Origin: Thecamonas trahens ATCC 50062
Lineage: Eukaryota > Protista > Apusomonadida
Direction: 5' to 3'
Length of the DNA stretch: 64,000 nt
NCBI RefSeq assembly: GCF_000142905.1
Contig: NW_013657674.1
Coordinates: 528,709 to 592,708, forward strand
A model generated the notes under the pieces. The model saw nothing but the letters and a program-made list of their open reading frames with translations, ran no database searches and had not been told where the DNA came from. Positions 52,043 to 62,185 of this stretch are shown piece after piece. Within the stretch, counting starts at the first letter, position 1; each line of letters begins with the position of its first letter. The position numbers were made by a program, and so were the translations under genes.

Positions 52043-52798
52043 CTAGAACATGGTGATGAGGGCAAAGGTCGAAAAGTGGAGCAGGATCGGGTAAAAGACA
52101 AGCCATCGCTGCTGGCGCATGGCGAGACGGGCGACAAACATCGACGACGCCGAGTGTGTGCACCAAGCGACGACGAGCGCCGAGAGCGCCATGCCAACCC
52201 ACGACGAGAGTTCGACAACCAGGGCGGCCGCCGAGAGGCCGACAATGGGCAGGAGGCAATAGCCGAGGACAGAGGCCACCAGATACACCGAGACGCCCGA
52301 CTCGGACATCATATTGAGGAGGAGAAAGATGGCGGCGCAGCCGGCCGAGCCCACGCCGTAGATGATGTTGAAGTGAACCTTACCGGCCATGAGGAGGAAG
52401 AAGCCGAGGAGGGCGGCAAAGACAATCGGCCCAGCTAGATCGTAGTCATCCATCACCCGCGCCAGCTCAGCGTCGTCCACCCGCAGCGGATGAAGGACGG
52501 CAAGCGACTTGGACTTGATGTCGCCAAAGTCGATGCCCAGCTCCTCGAGCAATGGCGGCTCATCGTCAAACGAGCCTGTGAGGATGGAGCCGCCCGATCG
52601 GGGCAAACTCCCCATCCCAGCCTCACCACTAAAGCCACTACTCATACGACCACCAGGACCACCACCACTCCCACCTCCTTGTCCTCCACTACCTCCGCCA
52701 ATGCCCGGCGAGTACTCCTCGCCGCCGTCTTCATACCCAAACGAGAGCATGCCGTCCTCGTCCCCCGCCGGCGCATTGTCAAACGCCACGTTCAGCAT
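52043..52798 (-). CDS. YIP1: Yip1/YIPF5 ER-Golgi Rab-interacting protein
   Basis: DDEPPLLEELGIDF, DLAGP, GKVHF.IYG, SVLGYCLLP. The 5' end may extend into the gap. Confidence 0.93.
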   Translation of the reverse strand: MLNVAFDNAPAGDEDGMLSFGYEDGGEEYSPGIGGGSGGQGGGSGGGPGGRMSSGFSGEAGMGSLPRSGGSILTGSFDDEPPLLEELGIDFGDIKSKSLAVLHPLRVDDAELARVMDDYDLAGPIVFAALLGFFLLMAGKVHFNIIYGVGSAGCAAIFLLLNMMSESGVSVYLVASVLGYCLLPIVGLSAAALVVELSSWVGMALSALVVAWCTHSASSMFVARLAMRQQRWLVFYPILLHFSTFALITMF

Positions 52799-52879
52799 GA
52801 CCCTGTCGAGCAAGACCAGCCAGTTGTATATGTATACAGAGTGGGGGAGATGGGGGAGGGGGAGGTGTTTGGGGAGGGG

Positions 52880-53142
52880 NNNNNNNNNNNNNNNNNNNNN
52901 NNNNNNNNNNNNNNNNNNNNNNNNNNNNNNNNNNNNNNNNNNNNNNNNNNNNNNNNNNNNNNNNNNNNNNNNNNNNNNNNNNNNNNNNNNNNNNNNNNNN
53001 NNNNNNNNNNNNNNNNNNNNNNNNNNNNNNNNNNNNNNNNNNNNNNNNNNNNNNNNNNNNNNNNNNNNNNNNNNNNNNNNNNNNNNNNNNNNNNNNNNNN
53101 NNNNNNNNNNNNNNNNNNNNNNNNNNNNNNNNNNNNNNNNNN
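52880..53142. other. Assembly gap (N run)
   Basis: Run of N flanked by G-rich and C-rich tracts. Confidence 0.99.
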
Positions 53143-53207
53143 CCCCCCCTCCCCCCCCCCCTCCCCACACACACACGCATACAGCATACACACCACTACT
53201 CCCTCTC

Positions 53208-55718
53208 ATGCCTTCCTTGTCCAGCTCACCTGTTGTCCGTGTTGCAGCTGTGGGCAGCTTCCGAGTGTATCGGACCCAAAAGTGGCCACTGTTTGTGGCA
53301 CTTTGCACAGCTCTCGTTACCCTTCCGGTGGCACTCTTTGCCCTCTTTGCCTCTGCCAGTACCACATCATCATGTGATGGTCTGATGGACAATTATTTGT
53401 TTGTCACTGGTGTTGGCCTCGGTCTCTTGGCTTTGATCTCTGCCATCGATGTGTACATGGCCGAAGCTGGAAGAGCTGTTCTTCGTACTCTCCATGCTGT
53501 CCAGCTCGAGGAGACCATGATGATGGCAGCCGCGGCGGCTCAGGCTTCGGCGGCTTGGGTCGGCCTCATGCGATTTCCCATGGTCCTTGTTCATCTCGTG
53601 CGCGAGCTCATCAAAGTCGCCATTCCGCCCGCTGTCCTTGTCGGCATCTGGCTCATCCGCAGGTGTGGGGAGCCGCCTGCCGGCGCTGTTCGCACCGACC
53701 CTGTGGTCGAGCATGCCGTCGTCGCCGTCGTCGCCTACGGCATCGTCGCTTGTCTAGTTCACGCTGCGGCAGAAGCCGTCTCGGCACTCAGGATCGGTCC
53801 ATACTGGCACTCGGACGTCCACATGGCGACGCTTAAGAAAGCGCTCCTCGACGCCGCCACCCTTGCCTCGGCCTGCCGCGAGGGGCCCGAGCACACACTC
53901 CGGCCCGAGGCGCGGGCGGCAGCCATTCCGTTTGCCGACGACAACGAGGCCGGGCGTGGAAGCGGGAGCGTGACTACGTCGCGCGACCCGACGCTCATCG
54001 GCATCCAGCACACGTTTGTGACCTCGACGGTCAAGGGCGTCTCGTTCTGCAACGTCTGCACCAAGGCTGTCCGTGGCCTCGGCGCGTCGGGTCTCGAGTG
54101 CTCGTGCTGCGGTTACGTGGTCCACGCCAAGTGTGTGGCCGACGCCGACGCACGGTGCAAGGTGTACGTGGCGCACGCGCACATCGATGCCTCGCTCACC
54201 GGCGCGGGCTCGTCCGAGGTCCTCGCCCTGCCCGACGGCACTAACGCGCCGCTGGAGCACCTGTGGGTGGCGGGCAACTGCCCCGGGCGAGTCCCATCGA
54301 CCTGCATGGTGTGTTACAAGTCGACGGCGTCAGCGCGCGGGCTCAAGCACTACCGCTGCGCCTGGTGCCAGGCAACGGTCCACGAGAGCCACCTCGCCGA
54401 CGCTCCACGGAGCTGCTCTCTCGGCATCCACGCGCCGCTCATTGTGCCACCGGGCGCAGTCGGGCTCGAGACCGATAACGCCGGCGAGGTCAAGTACGTC
54501 ATGCGGCCGGTTGCCGGCGCCCGCCCACTGCTGGTGTTCATCAATCCCAAGGCTGGCGGGCGCCAGGGTGAGGCTCTCTTCCCGGTCTTTCAGCAGCTGC
54601 TCAATCCGGCACAGGTCTTCGACCTGATGAAGGGCGGCCCGGCGCCAGGCCTCCGCGCCTTCCGCGGCTGCACCAACTTTCAGATTGTGTGCGCCGGCGG
54701 CGACGGGACCGTCGGCTGGATCATGCAAGAAGTCGACAAGGCCGAGCTCGGGGGCTACGTCCCGCCCATTGCAGTCATTCCGCTGGGAACCGGCAACGAC
54801 CTCGCGCGCTCGCTCGGGTGGGGTGGTGGCTACGAGGGTGAGGATGTTCACGACATTCTCGTCGAGATGGCGCACGGCCGCATCTACCCGCTCGATCGGT
54901 GGCAGCTCTCAGTGGCCGGTGTTGACGGCTCGGGCTCGGACGAGTCGGCGGCTGGCGCCGTCGCCTCGCACAACACCTCTTCGGTCCTCAACAATTACTT
55001 TTCCATCGGCCTCGACTCCAAGCTCGCACTCCAGTTCCATACCGCCCGCGAGGCCAACCCGGGCAAGTTCTCGTCGCGGCTGTACAACAAGTACTACTAC
55101 GGCAAGGTCGGCTCCAAGCAGCTCCTCACCGGGTGCGGCGAGACCCTGCTCGCCCAAGTCATTACCCTCACCGTCGATGGCCGCCAGATCGACCTCGGCA
55201 AGGCGCAAGGCCTCATGGTCCTCAACCTGCCGTCGTACGCCGCAGGCTGCAACTTTTGGGGCTCGTCACCGCGTGCGCCGTGGAAAGTCGCCGCCACCGA
55301 CGACGGCCTCCTTGAGGTCGTTGCCATCACCTCGGCTTTCCACCTCTCGCGCTGCGCGTCCAAGAAGCGCTGGGTCGGCGCCCCGATCCGCCTCGCCCAG
55401 GGCGCCTCGATCGTCATCGACCGCCTCCCGGACGCGCCGCCGCTGCCCATGCAGGTCGACGGTGAGCCGTGGGCCCAGGACTTTACCTCACTCGACATCT
55501 CGTTCCTCAACCAGGCCCACATGCTCACCCACCCCGAGCGGGCCATCGTTGTCGCCCAAGAGATCGTCGTCGAAGACGCCGCAACCAGAGCTTCAGGGCC
55601 GCCGCAGCCTCGCCGCCCGGCTACTGCTCCCGCACCGCAGCCGCCTGCCGAAGACGACGACCACTCGTACGACTACGCATACGAATCGTACGAGTCGGTC
55701 GGCGATGCCCGAGTGTGA
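53208..55718 (+). CDS. DGK: Diacylglycerol kinase with N-terminal TM segments and two C1 domains
   Basis: C1 domains (HTF...CNVC...C.CC...H.KC; HLW..GN...CMVC...CAWC). PLLVFINPKAGG, GGDGTVGW, PLGTGNDLAR, NNYFSIG, MQVDGEPW. Confidence 0.93.
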   Translation: MPSLSSSPVVRVAAVGSFRVYRTQKWPLFVALCTALVTLPVALFALFASASTTSSCDGLMDNYLFVTGVGLGLLALISAIDVYMAEAGRAVLRTLHAVQLEETMMMAAAAAQASAAWVGLMRFPMVLVHLVRELIKVAIPPAVLVGIWLIRRCGEPPAGAVRTDPVVEHAVVAVVAYGIVACLVHAAAEAVSALRIGPYWHSDVHMATLKKALLDAATLASACREGPEHTLRPEARAAAIPFADDNEAGRGSGSVTTSRDPTLIGIQHTFVTSTVKGVSFCNVCTKAVRGLGASGLECSCCGYVVHAKCVADADARCKVYVAHAHIDASLTGAGSSEVLALPDGTNAPLEHLWVAGNCPGRVPSTCMVCYKSTASARGLKHYRCAWCQATVHESHLADAPRSCSLGIHAPLIVPPGAVGLETDNAGEVKYVMRPVAGARPLLVFINPKAGGRQGEALFPVFQQLLNPAQVFDLMKGGPAPGLRAFRGCTNFQIVCAGGDGTVGWIMQEVDKAELGGYVPPIAVIPLGTGNDLARSLGWGGGYEGEDVHDILVEMAHGRIYPLDRWQLSVAGVDGSGSDESAAGAVASHNTSSVLNNYFSIGLDSKLALQFHTAREANPGKFSSRLYNKYYYGKVGSKQLLTGCGETLLAQVITLTVDGRQIDLGKAQGLMVLNLPSYAAGCNFWGSSPRAPWKVAATDDGLLEVVAITSAFHLSRCASKKRWVGAPIRLAQGASIVIDRLPDAPPLPMQVDGEPWAQDFTSLDISFLNQAHMLTHPERAIVVAQEIVVEDAATRASGPPQPRRPATAPAPQPPAEDDDHSYDYAYESYESVGDARV

Positions 55719-56175
55719 CGCTGTTGGCAGGTTGTCAATGGCAGGAAAGTGACACACAAACGTTCACCTGTCAACAGCACTACTCCACCACCACCACCAC
55801 CACCACCACCACCACTTTCCAACCCACACGCTGCACCTACCACCCATCAGGCGTGCAGATTCCCTTCCCGCCACATCGACTTGCATACAATCAGTTAACC
55901 CCACTTACCCGCCTATGTGTAGGTGTGGGTGTCACGGAGGGGGAGGAGCCTACCATTTACCGAGAAAAAATAGTCGCCGCTGACCAACAAACGCTTTTTC
56001 CCGCGTTTGCCAGCTGTTCTTTGCCCGCACAAGGATTTGTGACACTCCAACACACCTCACTCACACCTCACACACCCTCACACACCCCTCCAGCCCCCCT
56101 CCTCCCCACTGACAGGCAAAGGTATACCTTTGCATACCTCCTCTCTCTCCCTCCCTCCCGTAGTCAACGTACGAC

Positions 56176-58731
56176 ATGAGTGGTGATCCGTCCGAGTACT
56201 CAGTGGTGGCGGAAGCGCTGAAAAGGTTCGGTCGACCCGAGCTGCTCTCTCTGGCCAAAGTAGCCGAACTGCGGAATGATGTACTTCCGCTCATCACCGC
56301 CGAACAACTCGCTTCGCTCGCTGGCCTTCCTCTCGGTGTCGCCGTGCACATTGTTGCCTCTGTCGCCTCATCGACTGCCGCTGGCGCCTCGACGACGGCT
56401 GGCGCTACGGCGGCGGCTGGCAAGTCGGACTCGTCATTGCCCTCGCTCTCCCGCAGCGTCTCGCGGCAGATGACCGAGCGGTTCACGGTAGAGGTGGCGA
56501 CTGGGCGTGTCGAGTTGGCGGCCGAGGAAAGCGATGGAAAGTCGTCGCTGCCGCAGCTGTGGACGTCTGGGCGCAACCATGCTGTGGTGCGGGTGAACGC
56601 CGCAGCGTTGGAGATGCTCGGCGCAGGCGGCGTGGACGAGCTCGAGGGTAAGGTCCTCGCAGATCTGGTGCCGCCCGAGTATGGCCATGCGCTGGTGCTG
56701 ATGCAAGAAGGCTTGCAGCGTGTAGAGGGCGTGTATGGGCCGGTGCGGATCGAGGTGGCGGTGGGCAGCGAGTCGCGTCGGTTCATGGAGCACTCGGCCA
56801 TTGCCATGGACGACGCCACGGCCATGCACCTGTTCAACCCGGTCGATGTAGGATCGGGCAGCGAGTCGGGCACGGCGGCGGCGGCGGTGCAGGACGAGCA
56901 GACCGCGCGGCTCCTTCTGGATGTCTTCTCGCGGGCAGGCAACGTGCACGACAAGACCGAGCGCGGGCTAGAGATTGTGGGCCGGCGGCTGGGAGTAGAC
57001 ATGGCTATTTTCTCGCGCGTTGTTGACGAGGTCTACGAGGTCATGGCCAACTGGGATGCGTCGGGCGGGCTCAAGGACGGCATGACGTTCCCGCTCGGCA
57101 ACACGTACTGCTCGATCACGCTCGCGACGGCGTCGCAGGTCTCGATTCCGGTCTGGTCGTCGTCGCCGTACCGGATGCACCCGTGCTTTGAGGCCTTTCA
57201 ACTCGAAGCGTACATCGGAACGCCTGTCGAGTCGCAAGGCAAGACGTTCGGCACAGTCAACTTTACCTCCAAGTCTCCGCGAGCTGTGCCGTTTACCGAA
57301 GGCGAGCGGTACGTGGTCAAGCTGCTGGCGATGCTTGTGGGGCGGGCGCTCGACGAGGCCGCGCTCGACCAGGCGCTGGCGGACCTCGCAGCTCTCAACG
57401 ACTCGCTCGACCTCAAGGTCCAGGAGCGGACGGCGGCGCTCGAGGTGATGGCCGCCAAGGCGCGCGAGGCGTCCGAGGCCAAGTCGCACTTTCTGGGCGT
57501 CGTCTCGCACGAAATTCGCACTCCGCTCCATGGCATGTCGGCCATGATCGACTTTCTCCACGACACGCAGCTCGACGAGACCCAGACCCAGTTTGTGGAC
57601 ACGGCGCGATCCGAGGTGGCCAACCTCCGGACGCTTGTCGAGTCGATCCTCACCTTTACCCGTGCGTCGGACCCTGCGCGCGAGCTCGAACGCGGCCAGC
57701 TGGCGCTCGGCGAGGTTGTCCGCTTCAAGCCGGGCGAGATGCTGGAGCAGGCCGTCCGTGTGCTCGAGCCCAAGGCTGCAGAGGTCAATGTCCAGCTTCG
57801 GCTGGAGCTCGGGCGTGCGCTGAAGGCCGGGAAGGATGTTGCGCAGGCGCGCGGTGCGCTCTCGCGGATTTGTCTCAACCTTGTGGAGAACGGTATCAAG
57901 TACCGCCGCAAGTCGGGCGTCGAGCCGTTTGTGACCATTTCTGGCGGCCTCAAAGCGGGCAAGGACGGCCAGCCCCAGCTGGTTATTCAGGTCCACGACA
58001 ACGGCGTTGGCATGTCGCAAGCGGTCAAGGACACGGCCTTTGAGCCGTTTTCGCAAGGCCGTATGGACCACCAACGCGAGTACGGCGGCCTTGGCCTCGG
58101 CCTCTCGATCGTCAAGCAGCTGGCAGACGCCATGGGCGGCAGCATCGAGCTCATCTCGGACGTTGGCTTGGGCACAACGGTGACCGTCACTGTGCCGGCG
58201 CAGGCCGAGAACTCTAACCCAGACGCCAATGAGCACGATCTTCGCAACATCAGCGCGATCGACTTTACCGACTTGGATGCCTCGACCGAGCAGACCGACG
58301 AAGACGAGGGTGATGGCAGCGCGTCGCCAGCGGCCGTCGGCTCGGACGGCAAGCCGCTACTCAAAGTGCTGATGGTCGATGACGTGCTGACCAACCGGCT
58401 CATTGTCTCGCGGATGCTCATGCTCTACCCGGACGCCTCGTGCGACGTTATGGAGGCTGTCGATGGCACCAAGGCGCTCAAGCAGATCCGCGCCCTCTTG
58501 CCCTCTGTCTACGACGTCATCCTCATGGACGTTTCCATGCCGCTCATGAACGGCCTCGACGCCACTCGCCACATCCGCGAAATCCCCGAGTACGCTGACG
58601 TGCCGATCATCGGCGTCTCAGCTGCCGCCGCCGAGAAGGAATGTCTCGAGGCCGGCATGACGTTCTTCCTTGCCAAGCCGTTCTCGCATGAGGTCTTTGC
58701 CGCAGTTCTCCGCGCAAACGTGCGAAGGTGA
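56176..58731 (+). CDS. Hybrid sensor histidine kinase (SAM-like, PAS-like, GAF, HisKA, HATPase, receiver)
   Basis: SHEIRTPL H-box, NLVENGIKY N-box, DNGVGM G1, FEPF, GLGLGL G2; receiver VDD...MDVSMP..NG...KP. GAF: TYCSI...HPC...AYIGTPV...GTVNF. Confidence 0.93.
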   Translation: MSGDPSEYSVVAEALKRFGRPELLSLAKVAELRNDVLPLITAEQLASLAGLPLGVAVHIVASVASSTAAGASTTAGATAAAGKSDSSLPSLSRSVSRQMTERFTVEVATGRVELAAEESDGKSSLPQLWTSGRNHAVVRVNAAALEMLGAGGVDELEGKVLADLVPPEYGHALVLMQEGLQRVEGVYGPVRIEVAVGSESRRFMEHSAIAMDDATAMHLFNPVDVGSGSESGTAAAAVQDEQTARLLLDVFSRAGNVHDKTERGLEIVGRRLGVDMAIFSRVVDEVYEVMANWDASGGLKDGMTFPLGNTYCSITLATASQVSIPVWSSSPYRMHPCFEAFQLEAYIGTPVESQGKTFGTVNFTSKSPRAVPFTEGERYVVKLLAMLVGRALDEAALDQALADLAALNDSLDLKVQERTAALEVMAAKAREASEAKSHFLGVVSHEIRTPLHGMSAMIDFLHDTQLDETQTQFVDTARSEVANLRTLVESILTFTRASDPARELERGQLALGEVVRFKPGEMLEQAVRVLEPKAAEVNVQLRLELGRALKAGKDVAQARGALSRICLNLVENGIKYRRKSGVEPFVTISGGLKAGKDGQPQLVIQVHDNGVGMSQAVKDTAFEPFSQGRMDHQREYGGLGLGLSIVKQLADAMGGSIELISDVGLGTTVTVTVPAQAENSNPDANEHDLRNISAIDFTDLDASTEQTDEDEGDGSASPAAVGSDGKPLLKVLMVDDVLTNRLIVSRMLMLYPDASCDVMEAVDGTKALKQIRALLPSVYDVILMDVSMPLMNGLDATRHIREIPEYADVPIIGVSAAAAEKECLEAGMTFFLAKPFSHEVFAAVLRANVRR

Positions 58732-58788
58732 TGAAGCCAACCGCCCCCTCCCGCCACGTGTCTTTGCTGTGCTTTTTCATTCATTATT

Positions 58789-61700
58789 TCAGCCCTCGAC
58801 AATGATGTCGGCCGCGACGGCGAGCGCCGAGTCGAGAAGATAGTCGCCGCGGTTTGACCGGAGGTGGGCAAGGGTCGCTTCGGCGAGGACGTCAGGAGCA
58901 ATCTGGGACACCCCGTGCGGGGCAGCACCGGTAAAGACAAGCGAGAAGCCGGAGAGGAGATCGAGGCTGACGGTGGGACCCATGGCGCCGCCGGATGCGC
59001 CGTCGGCGACGATGACACCGAGCGAGTGCTCGCGGACGAGATGGAGCCAGAGCTCGGTGGCGCCAACGGCGCCAGCAGAGGCGAGAGTGACGAGCTTGAC
59101 GCCGCGCGAGGCGAGACGGCCCATCCACGGTGCGCCGCCGATGTACCACTGCGAGGCCTCGAGTGCGTGCGACCGCGGGTGGGCCGGCGCCGGAAAGTAC
59201 ATGGCCGGCGCGGGCAGGCGGGCCGCGGAGGAGAAAAAGGCTTGTGCGATGAGGGCAAGGTCGAGACCGGCCGGGTGGCGGACGTCGACGACAACGACCC
59301 GGACAGAGTCAAGTGTCCCGGATTCCATCCACTCTGTCCAGAGCTGTGGCGTGAGCTGAGCGGCAGCGATGACAGCGACGCCCGGGCGCGGAAACGAGAG
59401 CGGCCCAGAGGCAACGACGCGATGGAGGCGGGAGATCTTGAGCGAGCGGACGAGGATGCGGGGAGAAGTGGGACGGCCTGGGCCCGGGTCGACCTCTACC
59501 CGTAGCGGCTGGTGCTTTGTGCCGAGCGTCAGCTGGGCGAGAACGCGCGAGACCATGTGCTCGCGGGTGGATGCAGAGACGTAGACAGCGAGCTCCTGGA
59601 GAAGTTCAGCGGCGGGCACACCCTCGAGGGTGACGATGACGTCGCCGACGGCAAGGTCACAGCCCGGGTAGATCCGGGTGACGACAAGCAAGCCGTCGAT
59701 CCAGCGCCACTCAAAGGGGAGGACGTAGAGGCGGCGGGCGTGCGAGACGTGCGAGACGCTGGCCTGGCCATCGAGGACACGATGGACGGCGTGGCGGAGG
59801 GTGTCGAGAAAAGCGTCGAGCGAGTCATCGACAGCGGCATCAAGGAGGGTGTCGGTGAGGACAGCCCGCCACTCGGAGGAGAACATGGGATCGGGCCACT
59901 GGGCGGCGACGGCCGGCGAAAAGTAGGTGAGCGCTGTCCACATCTCGACAACAATGGTGAGCCGGGCGTAGAGCGAGAGCGCGGTGGGGAGGTAGAGGGC
60001 GTCAACGGCGGAGATGCGGAGACCACCGTCGTCGTCTTCGACAAAGCCATCACCCACCAGATCACTGTCGGACGAGTCGGACGAGCGCGCGCCGTCGCCG
60101 TAGGCAGCCTTGGCAAGGAGGGCGTCGGCGTGGCTGGCGACGGTGTCCGGAGCCGGCGGGCCGGCATCTGCTGGCAGTGTAAAGCCTGCGGCGTTGACAT
60201 AGACAACGGTTGGCAGAGCCATGCCGATGCCGCGACCGATGTCCTCAGCGATGTAGTGCGAGCGCGGGTCGGCCGGATCGAAGGCGTGGCGCCATGAGGT
60301 GGCCGGACGCGCGTGGAAGGACTCGGCTTGCGGCGAGAGCTCGGGTGAGGTTGACGGCGGCGGCGCCGGCGGGAGCTCTTCGGCGGTGAGGACGACAAAG
60401 GCCTTGCTCTCTGGCCGGGACTGGGACGAGGTCGAGTAGCGGATGCGCGAGTCGGCCTCAGGTGCGGACGGCTGCAACTGCCAGCCGACGAGCGAGTTGT
60501 CGGCCATGTCGAGGTTGACAAAGTGGTCGCGACCGTCAACAGCAAACGAGGCCGAGGTGGCAGGAACTTCAAAGTGCGGAGCGACAAGCTCGAGGGTGCC
60601 GATGCCCTTGAGCAGAAAGCCAATGACAAGAGTGGCAGCATCGGCAGGGACGCGGCCCTGGATGTGGTACTCGGTAAAGGGCGTGGTGCCCGAGATGGGC
60701 TCGTCGTCCATGGCCTCGAGCGAAAGGTAGAGGCCGGCGTGGGTCACGACGCCGACGATCATGTGGACAACAACACGACCGCGAGTGGCGAGAAAGGCTG
60801 AGAAAAGGTACGGCGCGCCAGCAAACGGCGTGGCGTCGGTCTCTTGCGCCAGTAGCGCAGAGTACGGTGGGGTGGCAAGGGCGGCCGACCGGGTCAGCCG
60901 AGCTGACGAGAAGAACGACGACGGCGGGCCGAGCCCACGCACGCCAAGCCCGTGGTGTCGCCAGCGAACGGCATCTGCGGCTGCAGCATAGTCGGCGCGC
61001 ATGTCAAGGCTCATAGCCTCTTGTGGCGTGTCGACGTAGATGGCGAGGAGCGGGGCAGCCGGGCCAAAGAGCATGGCGAGGGCGGCGGCGAGCTTGGTAG
61101 GCGTGATGGCGTGGAGGGCCTGGACGACCCCCGAGTGTAGGAGCTCATCCCACGGCGTGGCCGCCGCCTCGTCGGAGGGGTGGAAGAAGCGGAGTACAGC
61201 GTAGAGATGGGCGAGCACGGTCATGTTGAGCAGCTGAATCTCGTTGAGCGGCGCCGGCGGAACAAGGAGGTGCTTGAGAGCGCCAAAGGAGCGGAACTGA
61301 AGCGAGCGAAAGGCAACCCGGACATCAGCGTCCGGTGCCACCCAGTGGAGGCCCGGGACAAGGCATAGGCCGATGGTGATGTATAGGGCCGAGTCCGAAA
61401 CAGGCGCGATGACCAGAAGCTCAGCCTGAGGCGCGGCCTCCTCCAGCACCGGCGAGAGGGCAGTGTTGAAGACAAGTGGCGTGAGCGGAGCACCGGCACC
61501 ATCGACCCTCACAAACAGCGCGCCCGCGCCTGCAGCCACGGCACGATCCCTCATGACCGCCGCTGGAATCAGCACCGACATTCGCTGAGCGCCACCGGCG
61601 CCAACCTTGCCCACCACCGACTGCATCCGCTTGAGGCCCGGCGGCCTATGTGGTGACGATGACGACGACCCAGCAGAGGCAGCGGTGACGGAAGGCGTGG

Positions 61701-61806
61701 TGGCGATCGATGCAGAGGACAAGGCAGAAGGAGCGAGGAGAGCCGTAGCGCGAAAGGCGACAAAGGAGCCACGAAAGGAACGAGCATCAAAGGACTGGAT
61801 GATCAT
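58789..61806 (-). CDS. Bacterial-type S41 peptidase/PDZ-like protein, apparently catalytically inactive
   Basis: LYAVLRFFHPSDEAA..PWD, a CBM-like MDDEPISGTT...VPADA...IGFLLKG.GT segment, PDZ-like GDVIVTLEG, VVVDVR, IAPDV. The expected S-x-x-E site reads AVGATE. Start uncertain. Confidence 0.7.
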   Translation of the reverse strand: MIIQSFDARSFRGSFVAFRATALLAPSALSSASIATTPSVTAASAGSSSSSPHRPPGLKRMQSVVGKVGAGGAQRMSVLIPAAVMRDRAVAAGAGALFVRVDGAGAPLTPLVFNTALSPVLEEAAPQAELLVIAPVSDSALYITIGLCLVPGLHWVAPDADVRVAFRSLQFRSFGALKHLLVPPAPLNEIQLLNMTVLAHLYAVLRFFHPSDEAAATPWDELLHSGVVQALHAITPTKLAAALAMLFGPAAPLLAIYVDTPQEAMSLDMRADYAAAADAVRWRHHGLGVRGLGPPSSFFSSARLTRSAALATPPYSALLAQETDATPFAGAPYLFSAFLATRGRVVVHMIVGVVTHAGLYLSLEAMDDEPISGTTPFTEYHIQGRVPADAATLVIGFLLKGIGTLELVAPHFEVPATSASFAVDGRDHFVNLDMADNSLVGWQLQPSAPEADSRIRYSTSSQSRPESKAFVVLTAEELPPAPPPSTSPELSPQAESFHARPATSWRHAFDPADPRSHYIAEDIGRGIGMALPTVVYVNAAGFTLPADAGPPAPDTVASHADALLAKAAYGDGARSSDSSDSDLVGDGFVEDDDGGLRISAVDALYLPTALSLYARLTIVVEMWTALTYFSPAVAAQWPDPMFSSEWRAVLTDTLLDAAVDDSLDAFLDTLRHAVHRVLDGQASVSHVSHARRLYVLPFEWRWIDGLLVVTRIYPGCDLAVGDVIVTLEGVPAAELLQELAVYVSASTREHMVSRVLAQLTLGTKHQPLRVEVDPGPGRPTSPRILVRSLKISRLHRVVASGPLSFPRPGVAVIAAAQLTPQLWTEWMESGTLDSVRVVVVDVRHPAGLDLALIAQAFFSSAARLPAPAMYFPAPAHPRSHALEASQWYIGGAPWMGRLASRGVKLVTLASAGAVGATELWLHLVREHSLGVIVADGASGGAMGPTVSLDLLSGFSLVFTGAAPHGVSQIAPDVLAEATLAHLRSNRGDYLLDSALAVAADIIVEG

Positions 61807-61887
61807 GGGTGGATGGTGTGCCGTGCGATCTGTGTGTGTCCGACCGAGAACGACAGCCAAAGTGCGGGCGGAGGGCAAGCCAGCTTC

Positions 61888-61994
61888 CCCTGGCCCTGGC
61901 CCTGGCCCTGGCCCTGGCCCTGGCCCTGGCCCTGGCCCTGGCCCTGGCCCTGGCCCTGGCCCTGGCCCTGGCCCTGGCCCTGGCCCTGGCCCTG
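61888..61994. repeat. (CCCTGG)n hexamer microsatellite, ~18 copies
   Basis: Perfect tandem repeat. Confidence 0.97.
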
Positions 61995-62185
61995 CGACAT
62001 GGCGAGTTGCGTATGGGTGCTGGGCGGAGTGTGCCACACTGCAGGCCGACTCTTCCCGCTCTTGCTCTCCAGTATCAAGTTCTGTGGTCCCTCGCCTATC
62101 GACGGTGAGAAGAAGAGGATGGCATGTGACGAGGGAGTGGTCATGCCAGGGGGGGGGAGGGGGGGGGAGGGGAGGTGGTGAGTGA

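Noticed and set aside
52509-53207. N-terminal extension of the DGK ORF and of the Yip1 ORF across the gap
   Set aside because: An artefact of translating through Ns and the antisense strand of the neighbouring gene.
4861-55718. Functional cluster of inositol/lipid kinases and Rab factors (IPK, PI4K-like, DGK, Mss4, Yip1)
   Set aside because: The genes are scattered over 50 kb among unrelated loci; chance is sufficient.
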